A DNA stretch of 62,418 nt, filler included, from Choristocarpus tenellus KU-1152 (lineage: Eukaryota > Protista > Phaeophyceae): the NCBI GenBank assembly GCA_964200185.2. It is 12 parts of 12 records of this genome, joined end to end, with 100 filler letters (N's around TTAATTAATTAA, not from the genome) between each part and the next. Parts side by side here need not be neighbours in the genome. Positions count along the whole stretch, not along the records: positions 25,694 to 31,343 come from CAXNAD020010136.1; positions 31,444 to 36,980 come from CAXNAD020010481.1; positions 37,081 to 41,974 come from CAXNAD020012635.1; 9 more parts are not named here. The stretch is one strand, 5' to 3'. The notes under the pieces are model-generated. The model was not told the origin of the DNA, did not search any database, and saw only the letters and a list, made by a program, of their open reading frames with translations. The translations under genes and the position numbers were made by a program. Positions 25,594-37,124 of the stretch are shown here, piece after piece (the stretch's first letter is position 1; each line of letters starts with the position of its first letter).

Positions 25594-26081
25594 NNNNNNN
25601 NNNNNNNNNNNNNNNNNNNNNNNNNNNNNNNNNNNNNTTAATTAATTAANNNNNNNNNNNNNNNNNNNNNNNNNNNNNNNNNNNNNNNNNNNNCACGACA
25701 AGAAGGACGGCATAGTAAGCTACGGTGCAGGCAATCTTTTCATTAAGTGAGTTCCTGACAATATTTCCACGGCATCTCCAAAATGTCAGGCCGTACCCTC
25801 CACAACGTCAGACTCATCAGATACATCTCGTGGAAGGAGGGTAGACGTCAAATCACTAAGTTCCATGATCCATGGAACCCTCCAAAAAACGACACATCCA
25901 AGGTACAAAGGAGATGAGCAATCCACATGATGTACAAGCAGCAAAGACCTATGTGCAAACCAACGCGAAAACAAACACGCAGAGACGACTTGTGTGTCTG
26001 TATAATGTGCAACCACGCCGAGACCCACATGCACTTCTCCATGTCGGCTGTTTCGCTGCGTGAGGGGGGACGTAAAAGGCT

Positions 26082-29000
26082 TTACGTCGTGGGTGACCCG
26101 CTCGCACTCCTTGCGCGAGCCTTACCCTTGCCCTTGCCCTTGCCCCTGCCCCGACCCGCCGCTTCGTTCCTCACCGATCCAGACCCTTCACTGCCCTCCT
26201 GTGCCATGGGGCATTTGATACATAATCGATCCTTGTGCCTCTCGTTGTCTCTAATCTCTGCGTAGGCACACTTGCCCATATGCATGATGGAGCACTTTGG
26301 GCATGAATACCTGTCGCGCGTGTCATTGAATCAGAGCGTTAAACGAACAGTATAGTATTTTTCCAGATCATTAATTGGGCGCAACAACGCAACGCAGGGA
26401 TCCACGGTTACGAAGGACCACGAAATTGGCCGCGCAAAACAGTACGAAGTAGTACAGGTGAGATACAACAGTTGGTGATGTACATGCATTAACACACAAT
26501 CGGACAGTGGCATTTCTTGAGACGTGGGGGTAGCGACCGCAGCACCGCACATAGAGGGACCCCACAACTTACCATGGATTCAATGGCGTGCGCCGCTGAA
26601 AAGATACAACGTATCTATCCGTTCGGGGGATTGGATGGAAACCAATCTTAAGCTATTAACTACACTCCGCCCTACACGTACACCATTACAACTACATTAC
26701 TTACCGAGACGTAGGTGGAGGATTGCATTCAGTACAGCAAACGCCCGTGTTCCACCCTCCAGCCGTTTTGTTCTTCTTCCGCACCAGGAACACTGCCGAC
26801 AGAACCCCCTTCGCCCGTATCCTCCCTGTCTGGCAGTCCGTTCCCTCCCTCGTCTCCATCCCCTCCTTGGTGTTCGCGCCCTCCCTCGTCTTCTGTCTCA
26901 CGGTCATCTGATGCCGATCCGTTCTTGCTCTCAACTTCTGCACTGCCGCCATCACAGCCCCGCTCGCTATGAATCTGGTGGAGGTTGACCTGGTTGAGTA
27001 CATCCTGGTATTTACCATCCCAGGTGGTGAGGTAAGCCCCACAACTGGACAAACAGAGAAAAAATCCTACCCTCTAAGATAGTTTCACTCAGAAACGAGG
27101 TGGAGATTGACCAAGATCGTTGTCTACAGTTGAAGGAAACGATTTGCAATTCCCGCTATTAGCAACGAAAGGCTAGAACTGACAAAACGGCAAAGTTAGT
27201 AGTATGGAAGGCACTCTGTCGCCAATGATGACGAAGAAGACCTACAACCAATCCTACCAAGCATCAACTATTTTTTTCGGTACAAGCCATTTCAGCTGTA
27301 ATTACGAACATAGGAGGCACACTCACAGCTCTGATCCGTTGCAGAGGTTTCATTTCGACTATCGTGGAGATGTTTGCCCTCAGTTGGCGGACGGGCCCCG
27401 CCTGTTGGTCGCCAGATGAAACCTTCTGCAGAAGTTGGGCCACCTCCCTCTTCCTCTCCTCGTAGTGGCGCTTGACCCAGAGCTCGTGCATACCGCACTT
27501 CTCGTATGCGAGCCTGTCCATTTCCCTGGCAGCCCGTGCATCATTCACGTAACGTCCGGAATTCAGGGTGGTTTCGCAATAATCAGTAAGTGCGGACAAG
27601 AAAAAGACGCTGACGGTGTATGTTACAATGCAGGGGCGCATGGCGACGTATGGGTGCGCAGGAGATACGAAAAAGGCAAAAAAAGATAACCGCTGCAACT
27701 GCACTATTTACCAACCTTTGGAGCTCTGGTGTCCACTTCTCCTTGGGCACAATCTGCCTGGTGCGTGAGATAAGCATCTCAGACATGTGCGCGTCCGATT
27801 CGATCTCCTTGTGGTCCCTCGTCATAGGAGGCTTCCCGCAGAACGACTTGTATCTGCTAAAATAGAATTTCCACGAAGAATGTCAAGGAGAACGATGCGC
27901 AGGTTATGAAGAGGAAAGGGTCGCCACTACAGCAAATATTCATCACTCGATTGTTGTACTTCCTAAAAGACTAGAGCTCATATACACAGGCAACACGCAC
28001 CGTAGAATTACCAGAATACTACGAAGGGATTTTCGTTCGACACAACAATGGCTGACTACATTCTTCATCGTAGGAGACACTTATTTCACGCTCCTGTGCA
28101 ATGTGCTGCGACCTGCATAAACTGTGCTTACTGCTGCCTACACGATAAAACACAGTGGCATTGTGACTTGCCTAGCAAACAGGTGGATGCATAGCCCCTG
28201 CTTGAGAGAAGTGAAGCAGGCAAACTTCACGCAACACAGATAGTTTAGTGAGATTGCTTTGCGGTCAATCTGTGGTGACAAGGACTCACACACTTCCTTC
28301 AGTACCTCGAAGGACTCTGGTTGAAGGGAGTTTACACCTTGCTGCCAGTTTCGTAGAGTTGGTTTGGACGGGGTAGTAACGCCCACCTTCGCAATGGGCA
28401 GAAAATGGAAAACATTATGCACCCAGCCAGCGAGGATGAGGCATCGTTATGACCCAAAGTATCTGGGGGGGGGGGCGGGGCGGTGGGGGAGGGGTGCGGT
28501 CTACACCAGGGTGTCCATTTGGACCAAATCAGGAAACGTGCATTTACATGATCCATTAGGCGTATGCAACTGAATCGTCCAAACATCGCGACATGAAAAA
28601 AATTGACCCCAAATGGACAGCCGCAACCCTCCCCCCAGATACTTTCTGCCTTATTACCCCACCAACGCGGTCTATATGTGTGTGTGTGTGTGGGGGGGGG
28701 GGGGTTCAGGCAACACCGTCGATAAAACAATCAAGGACGCTTTTTATTGCACGTCTATGGTTAACCACACATACATACTACATGGTCACCCGAAAATCAA
28801 TAAGTTGGTTGACAGGGTATCTGAATGTGGGATAACTATCTCAACTTAGGTTGAATAGTTCGACACAGGGATATCTCGCAACAGCTGTAACCCAACTAGA
28901 GGAGGAGTAGAGCGCGACCATCCCATCAATGTCGACAACTCTCTCACCTTTTGGTACATTCTGCGGATCTCTGCTAGTGACACTTCTTTCTTCTTTGTCT

Positions 29001-29847
29001 GTCGCTTGATAGCTTCTTGGAGCTCGTGCTGAAAATATATCTTATCATATAACGTGTGCTCAACCACACTCTCGGTCGCGTCGCTGAGCGCTATAAGCAT
29101 GGCGGTGCAGTGGGCGAACGGGACAAGGGTTAGGTGGGGAGCGATCGCGGGACACACACGGCCTGCGGCACCGAGAAACATGTTGCTGTGGACAGGAATA
29201 CCACGAGGGATAAAAAAGATGAGCAACGAAAAGATCCACAATGGGCTGACTGACAATGAACATAGCAAGAGAAACTCGGCAACAACTTAATATATCAGAA
29301 TAGTCATCAGGCGATCACGGAACAACGAAAACACTCAACTTACTTCGGTGCTTAGTTGATCAGAACGGTCAGGCGATTATGGAACAACCAAAACACTCCA
29401 TCACCCACCGTTGGCAATTAGCCTCTCTTCTGCTTGGTTGAACTCCATGTAGATCTGCATGGTGAAAGCGCGCTCGGGATCAAACACTCTCTTCAGCACC
29501 GTTACTCTATGGTTTCCATCCAATACACGCCCCTCAATGGCAAGCGCAGTTTCGGCGTTGAGTTGATCCACATCACCTAAACATTTTCACTGGATGACAG
29601 CACTTGGAACAAACTGCTCCAGCCAGCCTTTCTCCTTTATAGACTTCCTCACGTGCGCAAGGCCACACTCGCTTAAAGGACGCACCATATCTGTGCATGT
29701 GACGTTTGTGAGTTTCATCTTATACAAGCTAAGATAGTGTTGCTCTAGGAGCTGGGACATGCCCTTCAGAGTTAAGTCCCGCGTTCTGGATCCGTGGGCA
29801 TTTCCATCGGCGGGCGGGTGGGTTGTTGTTGAGGGAATGTTGGACAT
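26082..29847 (-). pseudogene. Spliced gene for a ParB/Srx-like domain - helical/HTH-like - acidic - PHD (C4HC3) - basic tail protein. Exons 29847-29409, 29090-28948, ~28387-28172, 27853-27716, 27525-27327, ~27030-26705, ~26310-26082; disrupted
   Basis: VRPLSECGLAHVRKSIKEKGWLEQFVPSAVIQ*...GRVLDGNHRVTVLK fits the ParB/Srx pattern. Phase-consistent splice sites. The last exons give CTEC...CPKC...HMGKC...CIKC. In-frame TGA at 29587-29589 and frameshifts near 26750-27030. Confidence 0.65.
28451..28650. mobile_element. MITE family A copy in an intron of the ParB-PHD gene, TSD TTAT
   Basis: TIRs and internal sequence match; TTAT on both sides. Confidence 0.85.
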
Positions 29848-30169
29848 GGCAAAGATTGGGAGGGTGTGATGGGGATGGATAAGTAAGAGGTCTGCGTGGT
29901 ATCTACGGAAGGGAATGAATTGAAATGAGGACTGAGGGATGGGAGGTGCTGTTTTATGTCGTCTGGTCTGTCGATCCTAAAAACTCAGATTTCACAATTT
30001 TTATGAGAATTGTGTTACAAAAATACAAATATCAAACAGCATATGATTTCATATTGAACTGGGACAGAGAGTACCTGTATTTTTGTGACCTTTTCGTTTC
30101 GTACATTTCAAACGGATTAGATCAATGAAGGATGTGGTTTTATCTGTATTTGTTGATGTAAAGAGTAGA

Positions 30170-31260
30170 ATATCATTCTAATTTTGTAAAAACTCTAACG
30201 CACGTGTTTTGGGTGTTCAACGGTAATCAAGATTAGCGCTAATCTTGAATACCATAGATCCGCTTTTTTGTGGTCTCTAGTGTTTATTTAAATACTAAAG
30301 ACACCAAAAAGCGGATTTAGTATTTAAATAAATAGTGGGTGCCAATTGGAAAGACTTCTTTTCGTTTCTGAAAATTGGAAACGTGTAAGACCCATAAAGT
30401 GCGTTCTTGGTATTTTTAAAAACCCTAAGAACGGTTATTAGTGGATTTACTATTTTTTAAAACCCTAACGCACGTGTATGGTGGATCTTTGGGTATTCGT
30501 GATTAGCACTAATCCCTTTTAACCAAAGAAGCACTTCTTATCGACTCTATAGTTTATGACAATCGATATGTCGTTTGATAAGATTTTGTACTTCAAATAT
30601 GTAGAGTGTGAGAGTTGTTTTTTGACGTTTTGGTTACTGAAAATTGGAAACATACAAGATCAATTAAGTATGTGATTGCTATCTTGAAAAATACAAATCA
30701 CTGATATATATATATATATTTTTTTTAATTGAAATCACGGATATAATCTGATCTACAAATTCCAAAAAATGTAACCCACGGATTTTCAGGAACATGGATC
30801 TCAGGGTGGTCCCACCGATCACCCGAGGATCAAACAAAGTTGGTTTTGGAAGGTTGGAAATGTACAATATCAATGAAGTATGTGTCTGGTATCTTAAAAA
30901 ATACAAATCACTGATATAATTGGGTTTTTTTAAAATAGAAATCACGGATATAATCTGATTTACAACTTCCGAAAAATGTAACGCACGGATTTTCAGGATC
31001 GGTGGGAACAATCGCCTGAGGATCAAACAAAGTTGATTTCGGAACATTGGAAATGTACAATAACAATTAATTATGTGATTGGTATCTTAAAAGATACAAA
31101 TTAAGATACCAATCACTGATATAATTGGATTTTTTTTAAATAGAAATCACGGATATAACCTGATTTACAACTTCCGAAAAATGTAATGCACGGAAATTCA
31201 AGATCGGTGGGATCTCAGGGTGGTCCCACCGATGGCCCGAGGATCAAACAAAGTTCATAC
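30170..31260. repeat. AT-rich tandem array: about 2 units in 30170-30640 and 3 units of ~190-230 bp in 30640-31260
   Basis: Repeated blocks GAAATCACGGATATAATCTGAT...AAAATGTAACGCACGGATTTTCAGG...GAGGATCAAACAAAGTT, and CTAACGCACGTGT...GATTAGC.CTAATC. Confidence 0.85.
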
Positions 31261-31443
31261 GCTCGTCTTGGAATATAATCACTCCTACACCTTCTCACTG
31301 CCCAAGACCACCTGTTGCTCGAAAAGACCATGCCAGCTGCTTCNNNNNNNNNNNNNNNNNNNNNNNNNNNNNNNNNNNNNNNNNNNNTTAATTAATTAAN
31401 NNNNNNNNNNNNNNNNNNNNNNNNNNNNNNNNNNNNNNNNNNN

Positions 31444-31871
31444 CTAACAATCGCGACATGAAAAAATTGACCCCAAATGGACAGCCGCCACCCCCTCCCA
31501 GATACTTTGAGCCTGACTTTGATCCTCTCCATTCCGATAACACAATCCACCTTCACCGCACCTGCCTGAACATCCCTCCACAAACATTCTGCCATCGACT
31601 TGATTGATACAGGTGCAGAATACAGAGCAGGAGAGGGAGAGTATGTGAGCAAAAAAAGACATGGCTCGTAGCAAGAAAAATCGCAGGCTTGAAGTATCTG
31701 GGGGGTGGTGGCGGCTGTCCATTTGGGGCCAATTATTTCATGTCGCGATTTTTGTATGATGTGGTTGCATACGTTGGATGGATAATGCAAGTGAACTTTT
31801 CCTATTTATGGTCCAAATTGACACCCTGATATAGACCACCCGCCCCCCGCCCCCCCCAGGTACTTTGGGTC
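31444..31871. mobile_element. MITE family A copies (partial 31444-31513; full 31686-31871). Other partial copies at 7954-8026, 16919-16942, 45693-45713, 57200-57366
   Basis: AAAGTATCTGGGG/CCCCAGATACTTT termini and the CCAAATGGAC subterminal motif. Confidence 0.8.
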
Positions 31872-33187
31872 CGCCATGATTTGGTGATTGCAACATATTG
31901 TCAAGAACATGCCTTTTATTCATGTGTATAAGTAGGTTATGTAAGAAACAATATGATGATGGAAGAGACCATGTTTGTGTTTTCTGAGGAACAGAAGATG
32001 AGTATGGGTTAATGGACATGAATATGGAAAATTTCAGGGATAGGAAATATTGTAGGAACTAATCTGTGATTAGTGATTTCTGATCCACACGAATAGGATA
32101 GATTTGGTTGCAGGGACCCCCCCCCTTGGGCTTGAAGGCTCATTCCTCCTTTCTCCTTCCTTACTTCACGTACAACCTGTTCAACGCAATAAGGATTTAA
32201 CCAAGTCACATATATACACAAGTCTTGAGAGCACCAGCTTCTTTATCATATAGAACTTGGAAGTCATTCCCATTTATAGCATCAGGAACCTTCTTCAACT
32301 CACCGATATTCACTGTTCCTGTGCTGACCCCAAGGTACAATTCACTACCTACTGTGGAGAGGGTAGATATTTAGAGGTATGGAGTAAGCATTAATTTGAA
32401 GTAGTGGTACAAGGTAAATATATATATATGCTCGAATAAAAATATTATGTACACGATAAACAGTACTCTGGGAATACTTGCTTGCAGTAATAGCCGATAA
32501 TACAAAGAACAAGATTGAAGGAGTATTCCAGGAGATGTTGAAGGACAGTTTATGCTTGTGATGTCACTGTACAACAGTGTATTTCCATCTTTGAATAGCT
32601 TGAGTGAGGAAGGCATCTGAGGTCTCAGGGGTCAAGGTCGGCCTGTAAAGTTGACCGGCAAAGCACCTACTCTGCTCATGAGGATTTACATCATGCTAAC
32701 ATGCAGGGAGTTCCAAGCCTTAATCTTGGTTCCTGTTCATTCATGCTAGAAAACCCCAATAACACTATAGAAACATGTGGCAAACTGTGTTTCAGCTCTG
32801 AATCCGGATAGCACAATGTAGCAGCCTCAGTGCTCAAGGACCCAGGTAGATGATGATTCTGCAAGGAAGTCAAGACATTATGCCACTGGGTCTCTGACTT
32901 CAAATATTGCTTGTTAGCATTTGGTTGAAAGATGTTGTCTTAACTGGCAACGATCCATTTTATGGGCATGTGATCCTGTTGGCAAATGAGAAACCCAAAA
33001 GTCCAACACAGAGCCAAAGTAAACCTAGAGGTACCCAGAGTTGTATATTAAAGATGCTGACAAATGCTCCCTCTGTCCCATACATCTGGACCGCTAAGGT
33101 TTTTTGTGAATAACTTCTTCAATATGTGAGATGCAGAAACTACAAAATAATATAATTCAATACTCAATAACATTGGCTTGCGCACTG

Positions 33188-33737
33188 ATATCTTAAAAAA
33201 AAATTCATTTCGAAATGGTTGAGAAACTGACCTCTGAACATAAGCGCGTTTTTTTCGGAAATGTCAGATTTAGCAAAAACTGCAAAACCGTCCAAAAATG
33301 GATGGAAATGATGGTTAATCGTCCATAACGTCCCAACGAGACCCTCCGATGAAACTGCGGCTAGTTGCGTTGGATTCCTTGGCGTTTTTTGCATTAAAGC
33401 AGTTACTCTCCATTCTCATTTTCTCCTGAGGGCGTTCTGGATCACTTGATCCCTATTGACAGAGACGCGTACAACGCAGCCACAACTTGGCGGATTGAGA
33501 CATAGAATGAGAGTGAAGAGTAACTAGTGCAATGTAAAAACCGCCAAGGAACCCAACGCAACTAACCGCGTCTTCATCGGAGATCTCGTTGAGACGTTAT
33601 GGTCGATTAACCATAATTTCCATCCATTTTTGACTGGTTTTGTTGTTTTTGCTAAATCTGCCATTTCCGAAAAAAACCCGTTCGTGTTCAGGGGTGGGTT
33701 TCTCAACCATTCCGAAATAAAAAATATTTTAACGATA
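33188..33737. mobile_element. Foldback element with ~230-bp imperfect inverted arms and an ~85-bp spacer
   Basis: 33188-33420 is the reverse complement of 33505-33737 (e.g. AAATGGATGGAAAT/ATTTCCATCCATTT, TCCTTGGCG/CGCCAAGGA). Confidence 0.85.
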
Positions 33738-34411
33738 GCACTACTTCATCTACAGAAATATGGATGATTTGCAGAAGATGGGAAAAAGTGGCTCAAAATG
33801 CAAAACGATCAAAACCTGGGTACCTTTCATTTACATTTATTATGCGGGAAAGTGCGCAACAAACTCGCAATTGGCGCGAACGCGTTGCTCTTCCGCATAA
33901 TGTGCTCACTCATTTTTTTAAATCATTCAGACATAATTTTTTTCACTGTGTTATCAAGTTCTACCAGCGTTTCCTCCTGCACCTCCACATGCTCTGGCCC
34001 CATACTAAGAATCAGGCTGTGCCCAGAACAAAGTCCTTGTTTTAAGCAAGAGAGTGCATCGAGATGACGAGTGGGTGGACTTCTCTGCTGACATGTATAT
34101 GCGTGATGTATGAGATAAAATGTCCTGTGTGCTCTGTAGGACAAAGAGTGATCACCAAATAAAGCACTTCAAGGTCCTCTGCTCCAAATATATGAACATC
34201 TATCTTCCTCCTTGAATGGAGAATCCAAGGACTTGAACGTTGGAGTATCAGTTAGGATGTGGAACTCACCAAATCCGATCAGCGAGTCCTTGCAAGGACC
34301 ACCTGGCGACCCTTTTCAACCCTCCTACCATCGCCTGGAATTCAGTATTGATGATGGCGGAAATGGTTATCACCATTCATTGTAGTTATATTCTGTGCCA
34401 CCTCCTCTGCA

Positions 34412-34445
<34 letters not shown>

Positions 34446-34894
34446 ATTATTGTTCTTGTATACTCCATTCTCATTGTCGAGTTGCTGTTGCATGTAGAAC
34501 TCCTACTATTATTTTATTATATTGTTTTGCCCTTCAACATCATTATTGTAGCAGTATGTACCAGAGGAATATCCACCCAGTACAAAACAGCAACAAAATG
34601 CTCCCCCCCACTACACCATCTTTCTTAGTATGGAACAAGCAATTGAAGGAACAAGAAAATGGAATGGGCTGGAAATAGTATTCAGAATATAGAATTGTTG
34701 CTTGACTGTGGAATAAAACTGTCTCGAAAGGATCCAACTATAAATAAAAAACGATGTACAGAAAGAGTTTGGCAACAAACGATCCTCCTGTCTGTTAACA
34801 TTGTATTCAATAGTAGTATTTTTTTGCTTTCCAATACTTCGGATTTGCTCGTTATAGTACTTGATATATTTGATAGCCTATATATTTATTATTA

Positions 34895-35445
34895 TGTCCT
34901 CTAACATTTTCCAGATGTGCGAGGGGAAAAACTAATGAGAACTCATATAATATATCATTATAGCCTCTAACATTTTCCAGATGTGTCACGGGAAAACCAA
35001 GGAAAAACTATTCACATGTCAGAAAAATCCCCAAAGAAGAAGTAAAATTTGTCACGAATGTGAAAAACATTATTATACCCTCTGAAGTATTTCAGATGTG
35101 TTAAGAAAAACCAATGAAAAGCATATTAGATATAGAACCCATGAAAAAGTAACACTTGTCATAAATTTCAATGGCCTTTTTCTATGATATATTTACTATT
35201 TTACTACATACCAACTATGCTACACCGCTCCCATCCTCCTACGACTCCAACCAAGCTACCTGTATTATATTATTATGCCCTCGGACATTTTACAGATGTA
35301 TCAGGGGGGAAACCGATGAAAACTATATATAATATGTCGTTATTAGCCCTATAGAAATAAAATATCCTAAACGTAAGAACACTATAAAACATTGTAAGTG
35401 TGGAAACCACTAATCAGTTACTTCACCATCAAATATTGTACTACT
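34895..35445. repeat. Dispersed repeat with internal CCTCTAACATTTTCCAGATGTG units; second copy at ~22040-22216
   Basis: 35270-35445 closely matches 22040-22216; four motif units at ~34898, 34964, 35077, 35277. Confidence 0.75.
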
Positions 35446-36149
35446 ACTGTCTTCGATAGCTTCCCATCTACCTACTCCTGCTGTGCTCCGGGGGGGGGAG
35501 CTACGGAAGCATCCCAAGAATCGTTTTCCTCTAATCACCTCATACACCCACAAACTATACAGAGTAAGTAGTTCAATTGATATCGGTTTTTTTCTACCCG
35601 ATTTATTTTAAAGGATATTTCTCTGATCATCACAACTATACGATATTTAATCCAGTTTTTTAGTTGTGTAATATTTAGGGGTGAAGTGAGCGGGTCAGTG
35701 AGATTGAAGTTGAATAATCAATGTTCCAATTAATAATTCGATATGGGTTATGTGTTCGACTGACTACATATTTTTTAAATGATACAAGTAGTAATTTAAA
35801 TTGTTTATTCTTGTAGCAGTAGTAATTTTGAACATCTTCATGTGATAGGTGTTCAATTTTACGATTGAAATCGGTGTTTCGCTGATAAATCGGCGGTGCT
35901 ACATATTTGACGAAACGACCTTGAGTCAGGACTCTTTTTTGGGTCAACAATACCACTTCAAGGGAGAAAGTCTGTTGCCTTCTCGGCTCAGGGTTTACTT
36001 AGACCAGATACACATTGATTAAGTCCGTCTTGAGGTACACCAACATTTCAAGGGAAGTTTGGAGCAAGTGATTATAGGTGTGGAAAGCCTGTACGCTCGA
36101 CAAACTCACATACACGAAGGTGTGGACTTTGTAGACTTGAGACGTTGCC

Positions 36150-36472
36150 ATGGCAGGAGTAACATGCGGGAAGATGGCTGCGGTCGTCTACCTCCAGACG
36201 CTCCTGTTAGGTTCGGCTTCGTTGGAACCCAGGGGCTTTGCAAAAATAGGTGTTCTCTCGCAGCAAGGTCATGCAGCTTTTATTGGAGGAAGTGGAACAC
36301 GACACCGGACAGGGATATCTCGAAGGATGGAATCAGCTGGACGTAGCAGGTCCCTAGGATCACCAAAGGGACTGAGGCGTGCGCGGAGTGGAGATCCTGC
36401 AAATGACCGAACTTGGTTATCCATGGCAGTATCTGCAGGAGCGGGCAAAGGTGTATCGAAGCCTACTAGCAG
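36150..36472 (+). CDS. Probable first exon of a gene with a presequence-like N-terminus (possibly plastid-targeted)
   Basis: GC-richer ORF MAAVVYLQTLLLGSASL...HAAFIGG...R/S-rich...LSMAVSAG after an AT-rich upstream region. Candidate donor AG|GTACAT. No mature domain visible. Confidence 0.35.
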
Positions 36473-37124
36473 GTACATGCGACTCCCTCCAGCTTGTCTG
36501 CGTCCATCCGTGTGTAGGATAGGGTGCGCTTCGTTATGCAGTTTGGATGGTGTTTTGCATCTCAATTTCTCCAGCAAAGTATATACTCCATGCTACAAGG
36601 CTCTTGAAGTGGGAAATAAATTGTATCATGTATGCCCTCTCTTGAAGGCGGTCCTTTTTGTGATGGTGCCTAGATTCTAGAGCAGCGAGTTTGGTGATTT
36701 TCTCGTTACACTAGTGAATGAAGGCCTGACCATTAGAGAGATATTGTTGTTGATTGGGTTATCTCCGCCTCGCCCTTGGAGTACACCGTTGTGAATTGTG
36801 AATCTTGGCATACCATACACCGTGGTCACGGGCGAGATCATACTCTGGCCGACCAATAGAGGTTAGTGGTGTGCACACTCCATTATTTTGTCCCTCCTGC
36901 TTCCCCATACCGTGGAAGGGGTCAAGGAGGGGGGGTGGGACTGGAGATAGTGTATGGTCTCCACCCCGTCCTACTTTTAANNNNNNNNNNNNNNNNNNNN
37001 NNNNNNNNNNNNNNNNNNNNNNNNTTAATTAATTAANNNNNNNNNNNNNNNNNNNNNNNNNNNNNNNNNNNNNNNNNNNNCCCCCCCCCCCCCCACCCCC
37101 CCCCCCCCCCAACAACCAACATAC

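Noticed and set aside
25694-25930. Plus-strand 3' end of a transposase convergent with the ParB-PHD gene
   Set aside because: Too short and cut by the spacer, with no motif or consistent splicing.
29587-29589. In-frame TGA as selenocysteine or readthrough
   Set aside because: The gene has other lesions and no SECIS was recognised; a CGA-to-TGA or similar nonsense change is simpler.
31520-34340. Possible minus-strand exons (e.g. ~32225-32350, GSELYLGVSTGTVNIGELKKVPDAING)
   Set aside because: No consistent gene model or recognisable domain could be built.
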